Shown: piece by piece, positions 33,723-47,000 of the stretch
Numbering within the stretch: position 1 is the stretch's first letter
Layout of the letters: every line of letters begins with the position of its first letter
Source: Amoebophrya sp. A120
Lineage: Eukaryota > Protista > Dinoflagellata
Reading direction: 5' to 3'
Assembly (NCBI GenBank): GCA_905178155.1
Contig: CAJINV010000016.1
Coordinates: 897,386-961,385, forward strand
DNA: 64,000 nt
Position numbers and translations under genes: made by a program
The notes under the pieces: model-generated
Database searches by the model: none
The model's input: the letters and a program-made list of their open reading frames with translations, nothing else
What the model was told of the DNA's origin: nothing

Positions 33723-36700
33723 TTGCACTTGCATATCCTGTCGACTCCCAACATCCACACGGACCAAACGTCCATTCTGGCGTCGCAAACTCCCACGCCA
33801 AATCTGAACAACGAGGAGGACAATTTGCAGCTGAAAATAAATAACCAGGACGAAACAAGCATGCTGGAACAAACCGGCGGGACCCGGGTCGCGCAGCCGA
33901 TCTACAACCTGGATCCAAACCAGATGAAAAAGATCGAGCAAGCCGTGCATGGGCAGTTGTTGGTGACCAGTGGCGCGGCTAATGCTGGCGGGAACAATGG
34001 AAGCAGTGGCGGCGGTAATAATCTTCAGCAACAAGGCGGCGGTGGATCATCGCAGCCGGGAATGGCGCATTTGCCCCCAGTACGATTTCCGATCATACTT
34101 GGACAATAAATACTTAAATCGATGCTTGCTTATTGGTCATGATTTCCTTTCCAAGTACGTGGTGTTGATGACAAGACATAAAGCAGGAGATGATCATCAG
34201 GGCGTTCTTTGATGTGAGGCGTCCTCATGAGCACAGCTTCCACATAAAATGACCCAGGGCCAATCCATGAGCAGCATGTCGACTGCCAGCGCTCTGGGAA
34301 ACGCGCACCCAAGCAACCATTCTCTGTCCGAGATGCTGATGAGTATCAGCGGCGGTGGTCATCATCTGCAAGTCTCGCAGCAGGGAGGTGGTGGTCAACA
34401 TCTGCAGCATCAAAACGGCACTGTTGTCCCCGGTCAGACGACAAATCCAGGCCTGGTGTCAACCTCGACGTCCATTCAGGACCTGCAGAGCTTGCTGCCC
34501 GGTACTACGATAGTCGCGTTTTCATGCATGCATGATCTCGTTCTCAGCCTTTATTTACTTGTTCGGTTCGTCAAGCAGCATGTGAAATCATGATACGTTT
34601 TGTGACAAATCAGGCTCCACCAACCGGTCTAGTCAGAACTTGCAAGCGCTCCAGCAGCAATCACCCGGGAATCCGGAACAGATGCAGAGGGCGCTCCGGG
34701 ATCTCATGGACAGCGCACAAGGGGGATACAACAACCGACAGGTATTTAATATTTTTGAGAGGCAGTTTCTGTACAAGTACAACCGACGAGAATGTTGTAG
34801 ATGATACGCAAACAGAAGAGTACAACATTGGTAAAGTCATACCATACGAAGAAATCGACAAAATTAAAATCAGAACCTCAACCTCTCCCCCCAACCGCAA
34901 ACCTCGCCGACGACCGCGGATCAGCTGCAATCGAACTCCCAGCTCTTGCAGCAACTGCAGCAAGGCTTGGTGGGACAGCAACTTCGCCTGGCGAACCACG
35001 GCAACATCAATGCAGGCGACAGTCAGCAGCACCAGTTGCAACAGCACTCACTACAGCACCACAACCCGCAGCAATTATTTGTTTTTGACCAGAACTCGCA
35101 GAAAATGATGCCTCTGGTGCGAAACAACGCTGGTGGAGTGGTGCAGATCGGGATATGCATTGCCAATGTGTCTGGGTGGTCTCCTGGAAGGATGTTGCCA
35201 GTTTTTCCATGCTTGTCCTCTGGCATGACTGACGAGTTTGTGATGGTGCGTGTCGTGTCAAAGAAATTCTTCTGCATTCTGATTCTTTTTCTTCCAGACT
35301 TAGACATGTTTCCATTCAATACGGGAATACTCTGTACAATTTATCGGCTTCGGGCAACAATTATGCACTGCAAAAGCATCGTACTCGTATAAATGCATTA
35401 CAAATTTCCTCAGCATGAGAAAGAAAATTTGTAATGCTGATTTGCCTTGACAAAGAAATTTGTATATGCAAGACTTGCATTTGTACGAGTACGATACTTT
35501 TGCACAGGATAACAATCTGTTGAACCAATCGTCCGGCACACCGAGTTATGCATTGCAAAAGCATCGTACTGGGTAGTAATTGCATTACAAATTTGCTTTA
35601 GCATCACAAGTGAAATTTGTAATGCGGTTTTACCTTAGGAAGGAGATTTGTCATGCATAAGTAACTGCAATCACTACGAGTGCGATACTTTTGCAGAGCA
35701 TACGAGTTCCTCCTCCCAGGATCTCGTCGGCTTGGTCCAGCAGCACCAGCAGCATATGCGTTGCAAATATGTCTGCGTCTGGAAGGTTGGAACCTGTCAT
35801 GCTAAATCTGAATCATGTAAAAATCTGTGTTGCGTGATTACCCAAAGCTGCCCACTTGTGACCTAATCGAGATGCAGTTTCTCATGCAGAATAGGCATCG
35901 TAAAACTATCATAGAATCTGTTATGCTATGTCCTACATACCAGACCTCATGGGTCATGGACAACCTGCGTGACAAGTCTGGCACTCTTCCAGACCCAGAC
36001 ATACTGGCAGTTGATACAGCAGAACTCGAATTCCAACCACAATCTGTTGAACCTCTCGCAGCAGAGCGGAGGTACTACTAGCGGGGGGCACCCGCACCAC
36101 CAGCAGCAGTTTCACCTTGGAACCAACGCGCAGGGGCAGCTGACTCTGATGGCGACGACGCCAGGGACGAGTAATTCTCTGCATCACCAGCACAATTCTA
36201 CTTCGGGGAACAACATTTTGAACTCTTCTGGGGGTGGTACTAACACTTCAGCATCCGGGGGTGGTCTTCATCAGCACGCGCAACTCTCTTCTGGCCTGCA
36301 GTCGCTGCAGAACAGTAACGAGAATATGCAAAATTTGCTGTTGCAAAGCGGACCGGACGGACAGCTAGTGTTGCAGCATCAGACGAGCGGATTGAGTTCG
36401 ACTCACCCCGGAAATAACGCGGGTGCGCACCACCAGCATCATCAAGGGACGACCACCACTACTGTGAATAGCCACTGGATTCCCACCTCCAGACCCATCA
36501 TTCTCCGCACCGGGGGGGTCGGGCAGAGCGAGCACGTGGTCCAGAGCACCGCGGGGTTAGGTGGAGGGGGTGGGACAACGACAACAAATCATCACGGGTC
36601 CTCCGCGGGGAATAGTAATCTACTTTCCTATCACTCCAGTTCTTCCCCCGAAGACCAACTGTACAGTAGCTCGTTTCACCATCAACACCAGCACACTTAT

Positions 36701-39700
36701 CAAAAGTAAAAATGTCTGGGTCTGGAAACTTGTGATGCTGGGTGGCGTCTCATGATGAGGCTACAAATGCTGGCTCAGCATGACAAGTTTCTGAGCTCCT
36801 AGGTGTTGCCTATTCTGCATGACAAACTGCGCTTCTGCATCACAGAAAAACGAAGCTCTTGGGTAACTTGCATGACAGATTTAAGAGTCATGCCAGACAA
36901 GAATGACAAACATGAATTCTTCCAGACCCAGACATTTTTACAGTTGATAACACTGCAGCAGCTGCGATTGACCACCAGAACCGGGTGATATTACAGCAAC
37001 AATTCAAGAACAAAGAGTTTATCTATCAAATGCAAAAATGTCTGGGTCTGGAAGATTGCCAGGCTTGTCCTCATGCAGTTTTTCCAAGCTCCCCCACGTC
37101 TGGAATGCAGGGCCTAGCATTACAGGTTCTGCAGCTCCTTGGTGATGCGTATTCTGCATGAGAAATCGACTCACAGCATGGCCAGAAGTGGGCACCTTTT
37201 GCACGTTATGCGTCACAGATCTTTGTAGGATCCGAAACACGCATCACAAGTTCGGAGCCTTCCAGACCCAGACATTTTTGCATTTCATATTATCGGGAAC
37301 GCGACAATTTTACCGCCGGGCGCCATCAGTCGGGCGAACTCGTTGCAGAACAAGGGGAATTACACACCTGGTGCGGGTGGTGGAGCGGCTGCGGTATGGA
37401 ACGAAAAAACTGTGTCAGTGTAGGTGTCTTCGGGTCGTGACAGCATGACAAATTTTTTCTGCATGACACAGAAATCCTGTCATGCAGAATTAGTACGGGA
37501 AAACTAAACACCTGCGCCATAGGACTACTTCATGGCTAGCTAGCATGACCAGTGTAACAGTGTTGCATGCTTTGCATGACAGACTTACACTTACACAGTT
37601 TTTTTCTTGCATATGCGGGGTCTTCGTCGTACCAGCACGCGGGCGCGATCCACTTGGACGACTTGTATCATAGCGGTAGCAAAGGACCGGGCGCTCCTGG
37701 TTCTGCGCAGCATCACATGCACGTCGAGCACTCGTTTCCCCAGCCACCGAGCCCGAAGGGAGCAGCTGCGTATAATAATCTTCGGAAAAGCAGCGGGGGA
37801 GGAAAGCACGCGTATAAAAATGCAAGCGACCCCCGGAACAACGGGGATCAAGTTCAAGATTTCCGAGATGAGTTGTGGGAGAGTCGAAACAGCGATCAAC
37901 AGCAGCCGAACCAGCAAAGTGGTCGAAAGAGCCGAGGAAAGAAGGGGAACAGAAAGGATTCAGGTTCCAAGGGCAATTCGCGGGGCTCTCGCAACGAACC
38001 CCGAAGCTCGGTCGAACAGGACCAGCTGGATTTCGACGTGGACAATGATGCAGACTGGCCGGCAGTAATTCTGCCCGGAAAGCAAGACCCCTCGACGACT
38101 CGGGGATCTTCATCGGGCGGAAAGCAAGGGATGAAGCCCGGTGCGTTTCAGCATCTGGAGCACGATCCGTACTACTTTCACACCAACCCGGTTTTCGAGC
38201 AATTCTATGACTGGGAAAGGCTCGAGCAGATGCGCGCGATACAACAGCAGCAGGGTGCAGCTGGGACGGGCACGGGTGGTACTTCTGCAGGACAGTACCC
38301 AGGTACTAGTTCAGCCGCAGCCGGAGGTAATTTTCAAAATCATGTCGCGCACCACGCGCCGTTACCGCCGGTGCCACCCCCGGCCATGGTTCCGCCGTAT
38401 CACGGTGGTGCTCCTGGAGTAGACCTCGCCTATGGGTTCGCGCCGGGGACAAGAACCACGAGCGGTGGGAGAGGTTACGGAAAGTCCGGCCCGGACCCCC
38501 TGATGGATCGAAAAGGAAGCACGAGTAAGCAGGGAGCTGCTGACGGGGGGAAAAATAACTCTCGTGGAGGTTCCAAAGGTGGTGGTGGGGGGCCGCCGCC
38601 CAATCGGAACCGGAAAGGCAGCGGTGGCGGCAAGCAGGGCGGATCAACATCTTTTGGTGCGAACCAGGACGGTGTCGGTGGAACAAGATCCTCAAGCAGC
38701 TCCTCTTCTTCCGCCCGAAATAGTACAACCGGACCGCTGCCGAAACTAGGAAACAACGAGTTGCTCCACCAACGGAGCAGCGGGTCCAGCAAGGACAACA
38801 AAAGCGATGGACATGGTCGCAATCATTCGAAGAAACAAGGAAGAGTACAACTACATGAAGGCTCGGGTTCCCGCCGGGACAACTCGAAGCGCGAGTCGAA
38901 GATGTCCAGTTTGGACACATATGCATTGCAAATATGTCTGGGTCTGGAAGAATGGAAGTTTGTCATGCTTGTCTCTCATGACTCCTAAGTCTGTGATGCA
39001 TGAGCAGGATGAGAGTCCCTTTCCTGTCATGCAAAAACACAGCTTGCCATGCAGAACTCGCAACACATAGCAGCTCAAGAACTTGTCATGCTTGGCTGCG
39101 TATTGCAGTGTGTCCACCATTCCCAAGCCAGCATCACAAGTTTCCAGACCCAGACATGTTTGTATTTGATAACGCAAACGGTGGTGATCAAGATCATATC
39201 ATCGACGCGGCACAGGGGAATGTGAACGGACGGAGGGTCACACACCATCGGGGCATTGAGTAAATTAATACTTTACTTCTACTGTTTCTCTTTGTCTTTC
39301 TCATGCGACAAACTTTTTCTCTTTCTCATGCGGGATCGGATCGATTGATTCCTATCACAATGACTCAATGTGAAAATCCTAAAAAGGTACAAGCACAACA
39401 AAGTGCCCCGCAACAAGGATCTCCTGGCGGAATACGGCCAGACGCTGTCCGAAAAACCCATCACGACGCTGATGATCCGGAATATTCCCAACCGGTACAC
39501 GCAACCCCAATTTGTTCTATGCATTGCAAATATTTCTGGGTCTGGAAACTTGTGATGCAAGAAAGGGAATAGTGAGCGCACTGTGATGCGCTGCTCAGCA
39601 TGACAAGTTTTTCCGTGGTTCTGAGTTGCGTACTCCGCATGAGAAACTGCGTTTTTGCATGACAGAGAAGAGGAGCTCTTCGCGGCCATGCAATACTTAC

Positions 39701-40839
39701 AGAGTTCAGAGTCATGCCGAACTAGCATGACAAATCTCGTATTCTCCCAGATCCAGACATATTTGCATTTGATATGTTCAGGAACTCGACAACATCGGGT
39801 TTGCGAAACAGTACGATTTCGTGTACCTCCCGATCGACCGGAGCACAGAATCTTCTGTGGGCTACGCATTTGTCAATTTCAAAAAGGCGGCAGACAGTGT
39901 GCGGGCGCTCAGTGTTTTCGGGGAGTACCGGTTTCACAGGTACATAGCTCTTGAGCGTAGTGGTTTTTTGATGTCATGCATGAGTTGTTCGCGCACCGCT
40001 GTCCTATTGGGCTGTAGTTGTGCAGCTTTTGCACGTAATGTTCCAACGGCAAGAGAAAATGATGAACCACCTCTGCAAACAAAAACCCCAGGTATCGCAA
40101 CGTTTCTTCTAAAGTGGGCTCGGTTTCCATCGCGCACATACAAGGCTTGGAGAATAACATCGCGCACTACAAGAAATCGGTGATCAACGATACGAAGAAC
40201 CGGTTTCGCCCGCTGGTCATCCGGGATGCGAAGCAGATGCGGGAGCAGCGGGAAAAGCGGATGTTGAACAATAACAATAATTCTGCGAACAGCAAGAACA
40301 GCTGCAACCAAAACAGTGACCAACTCGAGCGATTGGAGGACCATGTTGATGTGCTGGTTGAGGAGGAGGAGGAGAATGACGTTGGTTCCGGCGGGTCGCG
40401 AAACGCCAGTAGAACACAGAGCAAGGTGGACGACAGCGCGAAAGCAGAAGATACCTTTGCCAACAAAAATGATGAGGACCACTTCCACGCGTCTTCCAAA
40501 AATCCGCCCAAGCAAAAGGTTGCCGGTGAGGCGAAGGAAGACGCAGATGAGAATTCAGCGCCGGTGAAGAACAAGGCCGGCAGTGAGGACATGCTTCTGC
40601 TCGACGAGCCTCCGGAGCCGACCACCGTGTCGACCAAGCCCCAGGACGATTTTCCGGAGCCGAGCGAAGCCGGTCAGCAGGACGAGTTGGCGAGCATGTA
40701 CGAGCACAACGATACCCTCAACAAGAACAGCAAGGGTGAGGACAACACGCAGCGCAGCTTGTCGGAGACCAACGAGCTAGGTGGAGCTCCTACCGCAGAA
40801 ACGGCGACGGCGGGCGAGCCCGTTTCCTGCAACTTTTAG
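33723..40839 (+). CDS. Mei2-like RNA-binding protein (C-terminal RRM_2) with a long Q/G/H/S-rich N-terminus; ~15 exons, start uncertain
   Basis: Reconstructed TTLMIRNIPNRYTQPQFVQELDNIGFAKQYDFVYLPIDRSTESSVGYAFVNF...AHIQGLENNIAHY is the Mei2 RRM3 signature; 9 introners plus GT-AG introns 34080-34236, 34502-34613, 34742-34873, 39260-39386, 39940-40091. Confidence 0.85.
35154..35321. mobile_element. Introner, family B (short, diverged)
   Basis: TAT...ATA ends; direct repeat CGGGA. Confidence 0.85.
35362..35511. mobile_element. Introner, family A
   Basis: TAT...ATA ends; direct repeat ACAAT; interior closely resembles 23611-23759. Confidence 0.92.
35547..35702. mobile_element. Introner, family A
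   Basis: TAT...ATA ends; direct repeat CGAGT. Confidence 0.9.
35755..36016. mobile_element. Introner, family B
   Basis: TAT...ATA ends; direct repeat CAGCA. Confidence 0.9.
36698..36949. mobile_element. Introner, family B
   Basis: TAT...ATA ends; direct repeat ACACT. Confidence 0.92.
37024..37289. mobile_element. Introner, family B
   Basis: Near-perfect ~30-bp TIR; direct repeat TTATC; interior resembles 3485-3743. Confidence 0.93.
37395..37613. mobile_element. Introner, diverged family F
   Basis: tatggaacgaaaaaactgtgt / acacagtttttttcttgcata; direct repeat TGCGG; internal tagtacgggaaaac shared with 19729-19938. Confidence 0.88.
38920..39171. mobile_element. Introner, family B
   Basis: TAT...ATA ends; repeat ACACA/ACGCA. 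Confidence 0.9.
39518..39774. mobile_element. Introner, family B, interrupting the RRM
   Basis: TAT...ATA ends; direct repeat TGTTC; interior is in opposite orientation to 38920-39171. Confidence 0.92.
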
Positions 40840-43800
40840 TAGAGAAAATTGTCACACTCACTACAAGAACTGAAGCTGGACTGAAGTCATCCTTTAATTA
40901 AAGCTGAAGATGTGGAACTCAAAACAAGCATGTTTACTAATAAATACTAATTGCTCAACATGCTCTCTACTCGGTTTCGTAGTATATTTGTACTGTATTT
41001 TATCGATGACGATGGATACAGCTTCACGTATATGATCAGAAAATATATCGTTTCAAGCGCAAGTTTTCAAATTTTTCTTTCTAACGTTCTGAAATCAAGC
41101 GCCCGCACCGGCTAGTGCGGTCTGTTTTCTACCGGTACTATCTATCAGAAGTATGCGAATCATCTGGATCGCAATCGTATTCGTATCTCGGAATTGCTAT
41201 ACTCAAAAAGAAGTGATTGTGATGAGAAAGATTTTGATCATTCTTTCGAGCACCATACCTCGAAAGGAAAACAACAAAAGAACTCCTTTGTTTTTGGTCG
41301 TAAGTATAATTAAGCAGGGACAAGAAGTTATCAAACTTTGTCAAGTTGGAACAATCACTCACTCGACGTGCAGTTGGTTGCTCGAACAAATAAGAATAAA
41401 CCTGGAACTACCTCTAGATACTTAAAAATTTCGTAAATTCTTGGCGCGCGGCCTCCAGCGAGAGGACGGCCGCACTTCATCTCGATAATTCAGTACAGTA
41501 GAAGGCGATTTTTTTTCATCGATCTGCTATTTCGAGCTCGAAGTTCAAGTTGTAGATGAGAGCACTGTATGGAAGTATGCTCAAATAAGATAAGTAGATG
41601 AAATACTCTAAAAATAAGTAGAGCACGATTTTGGAATTTCGCGTTCGCCATTATACGCTACCGACAAGAAAAATAAGGATAAGCTCGTCCGGCCATGTGT
41701 CGCGATTACGAAAAGGAAAAGGGACGCTGTTCTCGTTTCCAGCTGATGTAGGTATAGTATGAGAACAGTCACGGCTTAGACCTGGCCCTGATCCCTTGAG
41801 CCAGTAAAATAGCCAAACCCAAAAACTAAAAAAACAATTGTTGGAACGGCAGTTCAGTTGTTGCGAAGAACACATACTAGACTTGTATCGCTTGTTGTAG
41901 CAAATGGCCTGACGATGTTGACGCACATGAAAGAAGCAGCTATCATCTTCATGGGTGATTTTTTCAACCGGGTATGGAAAGGGCTTAAGGTCGAGCAGCT
42001 CGAGGCACAGCTCGTAGCTCGTGCGGTGAAAGATGAAAGTAAGTGGCACTACAAGTACCGACACCGAGAAGGTGCGCCATGTAGCATGCTTGGGGGCAGT
42101 CCCAGTCCTTCCCGGTACCATCTTCAAGCTGCTAGCTGTGTGCAGCGATACTAGAAGATACTTGATTTCTCATGCTGCCGCTGCCGCCGACACTAGGGCG
42201 GGGCTATGAAGGGAGTAAAATCCTCGCAGTAAGCGGAGGACCGCTGTTGGCGTAGCAAAATGAAAATACTCTAGCAACTGGAGTTTGTTTTGATTTTTGG
42301 CACGAGAAACAAATATATACCGTGAGGACTAATATAATCATGACGCACGCGCACCTAGCTAGTACAGCATATGCTCAAGGCAATTCACTCACATGATACA
42401 CATACTATCATTGCGGACCTCCATTCGCCTGGCCTCAGAGCTCCCTCGCTCCAGGATGAGATTTTCACAAGCGGATGTGCCTCTACACTATGAAAAAGAA
42501 ACGAAAAGCAATGTATAGATACAGTGGGTCGTTGTTGTTTTCCTGCAAAGGACGCCCAACTGAATTCAAGTGCAACATCTTCCGAGTTGCCACTATCGGT
42601 GTGCGATGGTGATTAAACCTTGGCTGCCGGATTTTCAAATTCCTACCACAGGAACATGGACGAGGCACAAAATCAGCAAGGTAGAAAAAGGTTGCACTTC
42701 CGTGCAATCATAGGAGATGCGAAATCACTTAGCCTCTCAGTCCAGAGACGGATCATGCTAGAGGTTGCTTGTTGCCTCGCAAATCTGTGGTCCTGCGACA
42801 AGCGCAGCACCACCATGCTGCTATACGCACCTCGAAGGAAGAACGAAAACATCATCGGGTGTGCAACGGATGAACACAATTTCAAGTCACGTACGAACTA
42901 TGATTATTTTCAGTACTGCAGTCTTTCTCTTTTCTCGTCGACAGACACAGATATCACCTTTTTATGTTTGCGAATTTTCACAATTTTCCTTTTCCTAATT
43001 TTCCGATCTAAGGTGTCGAAAGTTTCTCTGTCTATTGTTGCCTATCTTCATTGTTGATTGACTTCCAAAAAAATGATTTATGTTCGAATTAGAATAAGAA
43101 TTCAAAAGTATTTGTATTTCGAGAATTTTCCGCTCAGTTTTTTCGATGTTTTCCGATAGGAGTCAGAGTCTGTTTCCCAAGAAGTTGTCAATATCTTTTG
43201 CGACGCACCGTAGTGGTCGCTCCTACCTTTTACTCAACAAGCGATAAAAAATATATACGATTGATAGAAATGGAAATAAATTCTAGGCAGTTCGTAGTTG
43301 CTATGAAGGCAAACATCACGTCAGTAAATTAAGCACCGGACAGGAGGTGAAGCGAGAAAATATGAACTCGGCTACAATGATATGTGTATGTCACACACCT
43401 ATAACTACCAAAAAGTTGGTTCGGGGGTTTTATTTTCACCCAACCACTGAAAAAAAATCGTGCCAGGTTGTGCCTGTTGTTGAAAACTTTGCTTTTGGCA
43501 GGTTGGTAGCGCGAGGATGCGCAAAAACGAGTTCGGTGCGCGGAGTATTCTAGAGCGGTACCCGATGATATTCTTGTTCTTCCTCAACATCTGTGGTAAC
43601 TGCAGTTGCACGAAAATAAAATCCTGCTGAGCACGCGCCTCTCCTACATGAAACTGAGTCATGATTGAAGTCACGCACATGAGAAAGCAAGACCGCTTAG
43701 ATAATGGGTCATCTAATTGCGCAACATGGACGAGGGAGCTCCACGAGCAAGGACGATGAATAAAACCCACGGCCAGAAAACTTGGCTACGTTACTGAGCT

Positions 43801-44032
43801 TAATTTTGGTTTTGCAAAGCGTTTACTTTCGTTGAAACGCCCAAGGGTACGGAGGTCAGACTGACAAGGACTAGTGACACAGTAGGTTTTGTGCTAAGTA
43901 TCAAATGCCCTAGTATGAATCGTAGAATGTTGCGCCCTGAGGTGTGGCGTAAAAATGAATCATAGCTGACATCGATCAGGGAACGTCCTTGAACAAGAAG
44001 ACAAGCAGTATCAGTATTCATCAAAAAAGTAA

Positions 44033-47000
44033 ATGACTATGATGTCCTCCTCTTCCTCTTCTTCTGCCCTGCATCAGAACTATAGGGTGATGCAGATGAA
44101 CATGAATGCGATGAACAACAGCAAGCAGCACCCCTCGAGCTCCTCCAGCAGCTCCGCAGCTGCTTCCTCTTTTCTGCAACAGACGCAGCAGGTGCTCCGC
44201 AACAACTTCGGCAACAAGTTTAAGTCGCGGAGAGGACACCAAGGTTTGCTGAAAAACAGCAGCAAGAAAACGACGTATCAAGCGAATTTCGGCTACGACT
44301 ACCTCGCGTCGGCCGAAACGCTCGTGATTGATCCGAATGACCGAGATATGCAAGAAAAAAACGTTGTTGGTGTAAATTTGTGATGCGCAACATGCAAATT
44401 GATTGAGCCTGTCATGCTGTGCCTGCATTGTAGGGCCCATTCAACGGCGTTTTCCCGTACTATCTGCGCATGACAGGTGTTTGCTGTCATGCGAGAGATA
44501 TTTGTCATGCTAATCCTCCAAGAAAGTTACACCTACAATCTTTTTTTCCTGGATACGAGAATTGGCGAAAAATGAAAATCTGAACCACAAAGGTCTCATC
44601 AACGACGGTTGGAGCAGCAGGCCGGTGCCGGACGTGGTAAATATACATGATCAGGTCTGTTTAATGTGTAAGACGCCTGCGACATATTTGTGTAGTATGA
44701 ACGTATGACACACACACAGACACACCAGAGTAGGAACTTGTTCTGTATCAACATCAAAGTCTGTCAGTGTCAAGTCCGCCAGCAACGAACTCTACCCGTC
44801 GAAAATCTACTAACAGGTCCTGCGGAAGGTCTACCAAATGACCACTCCCCCGCGCGATGTACCATTTCCATCGAGCAAGACCAACACATTGCTGGATGAC
44901 GACGATGAGCTCCTTTTTGCTGCCTCCGAAGAACAACAAACACACGGAATAAAACAAGCCACCGCCTCGCACAGCAACCAGTCCACGCCGAACGCGACTA
45001 AAACTAAGCGGAAAATGATGAAACAGACGCCGGGCAGCAAGAGCATGAAGCGAGTTGTTCATGGGTCGACAGCTTCGCAGATGAACAATAGTAAAGCTGC
45101 CCGCATCGATGATGACTTGGAGCTGGATGAGAACGGACAGTTGGTACGAAAAGGAGCTGCTGGCGCAATAGAAGGCGAGGTCGATGCCGAGGAAGACCCC
45201 GATGCGGATGAGACGCTGGTAGGAGACGGAGCAGTGACATCAAAGGGATCAAGAACAGAGAAAATGTCTACTTGTACTGCTACTTCACGAAATGCTCCGA
45301 CAACATCCGTCGACCTATCGCAGCACCTGTTCTGGCGTTCCAGACTGCTCGACGGCGACAACCTCTGCGTGTCTGGCTTGGGGAGCAAGTACGCGATGCT
45401 GCGGAGATTCGGCCGCAGCTGTGTGAAAGAGATCGCGTTTCAGACGGAGGGGGTGGTGGAGCACTTGCTGGTCGATTTCGAAAACGACAACAACACCACG
45501 GGCGATGAGGAATCCAATGCCCACCCCGCGATTCTAAAGCATCTAGGCGAGGACGTGGTGCAGCAATGGGAACGGGAAGAGAGGGACGAGCTGATGATGA
45601 TAGTGGACAATGGTGAAGATGCTGATCACGATGTCGTGATGGGAGAAGAAAATGATAGCGATAATGGACTGCTAAATCCTGGAAGAATAAACACGCACTT
45701 TTTCCAGAAATATAATCATACACGGAAATTTGACTACCTGGTCGAGGTAATCGGCGGTTGGACAACACTGCTTGACTCCCTGGAGCAAGCATTTCAGAAG
45801 ATTGCGAGCCAATTTTTGGACAATCTGGTGGAGCTAGCGGATGTAAACCTGTTGCAAAGCAGGACAAAGGATATCCAGAAAATGTTTCACCGAGCCGTGC
45901 ATGAGGCGAATTTCGACCTGAAACCGGTGCGGAAAGTATCAAATGCAAATATGTCTCGGTCTGGAAAGTTGTGATGCTGAAGTTTGGATAAAGACTGGCG
46001 CTCTCAAGTGCAACCACGCATGACAAGTATAGTACTTGACGCCATGTGCTGTGTAGCACGCATGACAAACAACTGCGTTTTTGCAGGACGAAAAAGTAGT
46101 CCCTTCCTTGCTGGCTGTGCAATACAGATTTCTCAGGAATGCAAGACATGCAACACAAGTTCCACTTTTCCAGACCCAGACACTTTTGCATTTGATAGAA
46201 AGAGTGGCCGAGCGATTACGAGTACGACACGCCGGAGAAGTTGGAGTGCCGGGACTATCTGAAGGAGCAACTGCAGGTAAAGAAATTGTAAATGGGTTTG
46301 ACTTTGTTGTACTTGGAAACAACAAGTACGTACCTAGTTAGCTACCCTCCAGCACGTCGTGACAAAAGCCGCTGGCTGTAATAAACAAGCCGGAACTACT
46401 TGTTTTCTCTAGTCTTGTTGGGAACGCTAACTTTCATGAAGAAAACTCATTTTGTAGATCATGCAAATACAAGAAAAAGAAAAGCACAACATGATCTATT
46501 ATCAGCCTTTCCTCGAGCAAGCCCCGGTTTCCTCCCGCACGCCAACTGCGCCGCTGCACTTCGTTTGCAACTTTTTTCGTGAGTTCGTTGAGTTCGCGGA
46601 GGTGAAAATCTTGCTGGTGGTTCACTGCTACGAGAAACTAGTCTGCCCCAACAGTTTGTACTACCAGCACGCGAATCTGGTTGACGGGTTGATGGAGCTG
46701 GTGAGGCCGGGCGCAGACGAAGAGATTTTTGGCAGTAGTGCCATCGGCGAGGAAGGTAGAAGAGGAGGAGACGGTCACTATCAAAGTGAAAAATCCCCCC
46801 TCCCCATATCGAAAAGGTATGTTTCCGAAAATTTGTGTTGCTGATTTGAGGTCGCAAATCACATTTGTATTGCAAGAAGACAAGGGCAGAAGCTTCTGCC
46901 CCACTATGGAAGCGATTTGTCATGCTGTTGGCCCTAAATGTGACCTGTTTGCCATGCTGAACAACTAGACCCATACGCCCCTCTACCTAGCCTGGGGATC

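Noticed and set aside
41651-43057. ORFs of 98-158 aa between the Mei2-like gene and ORC2
   Set aside because: No motifs and no splice model I could build; may be degraded fragments but unsupported.
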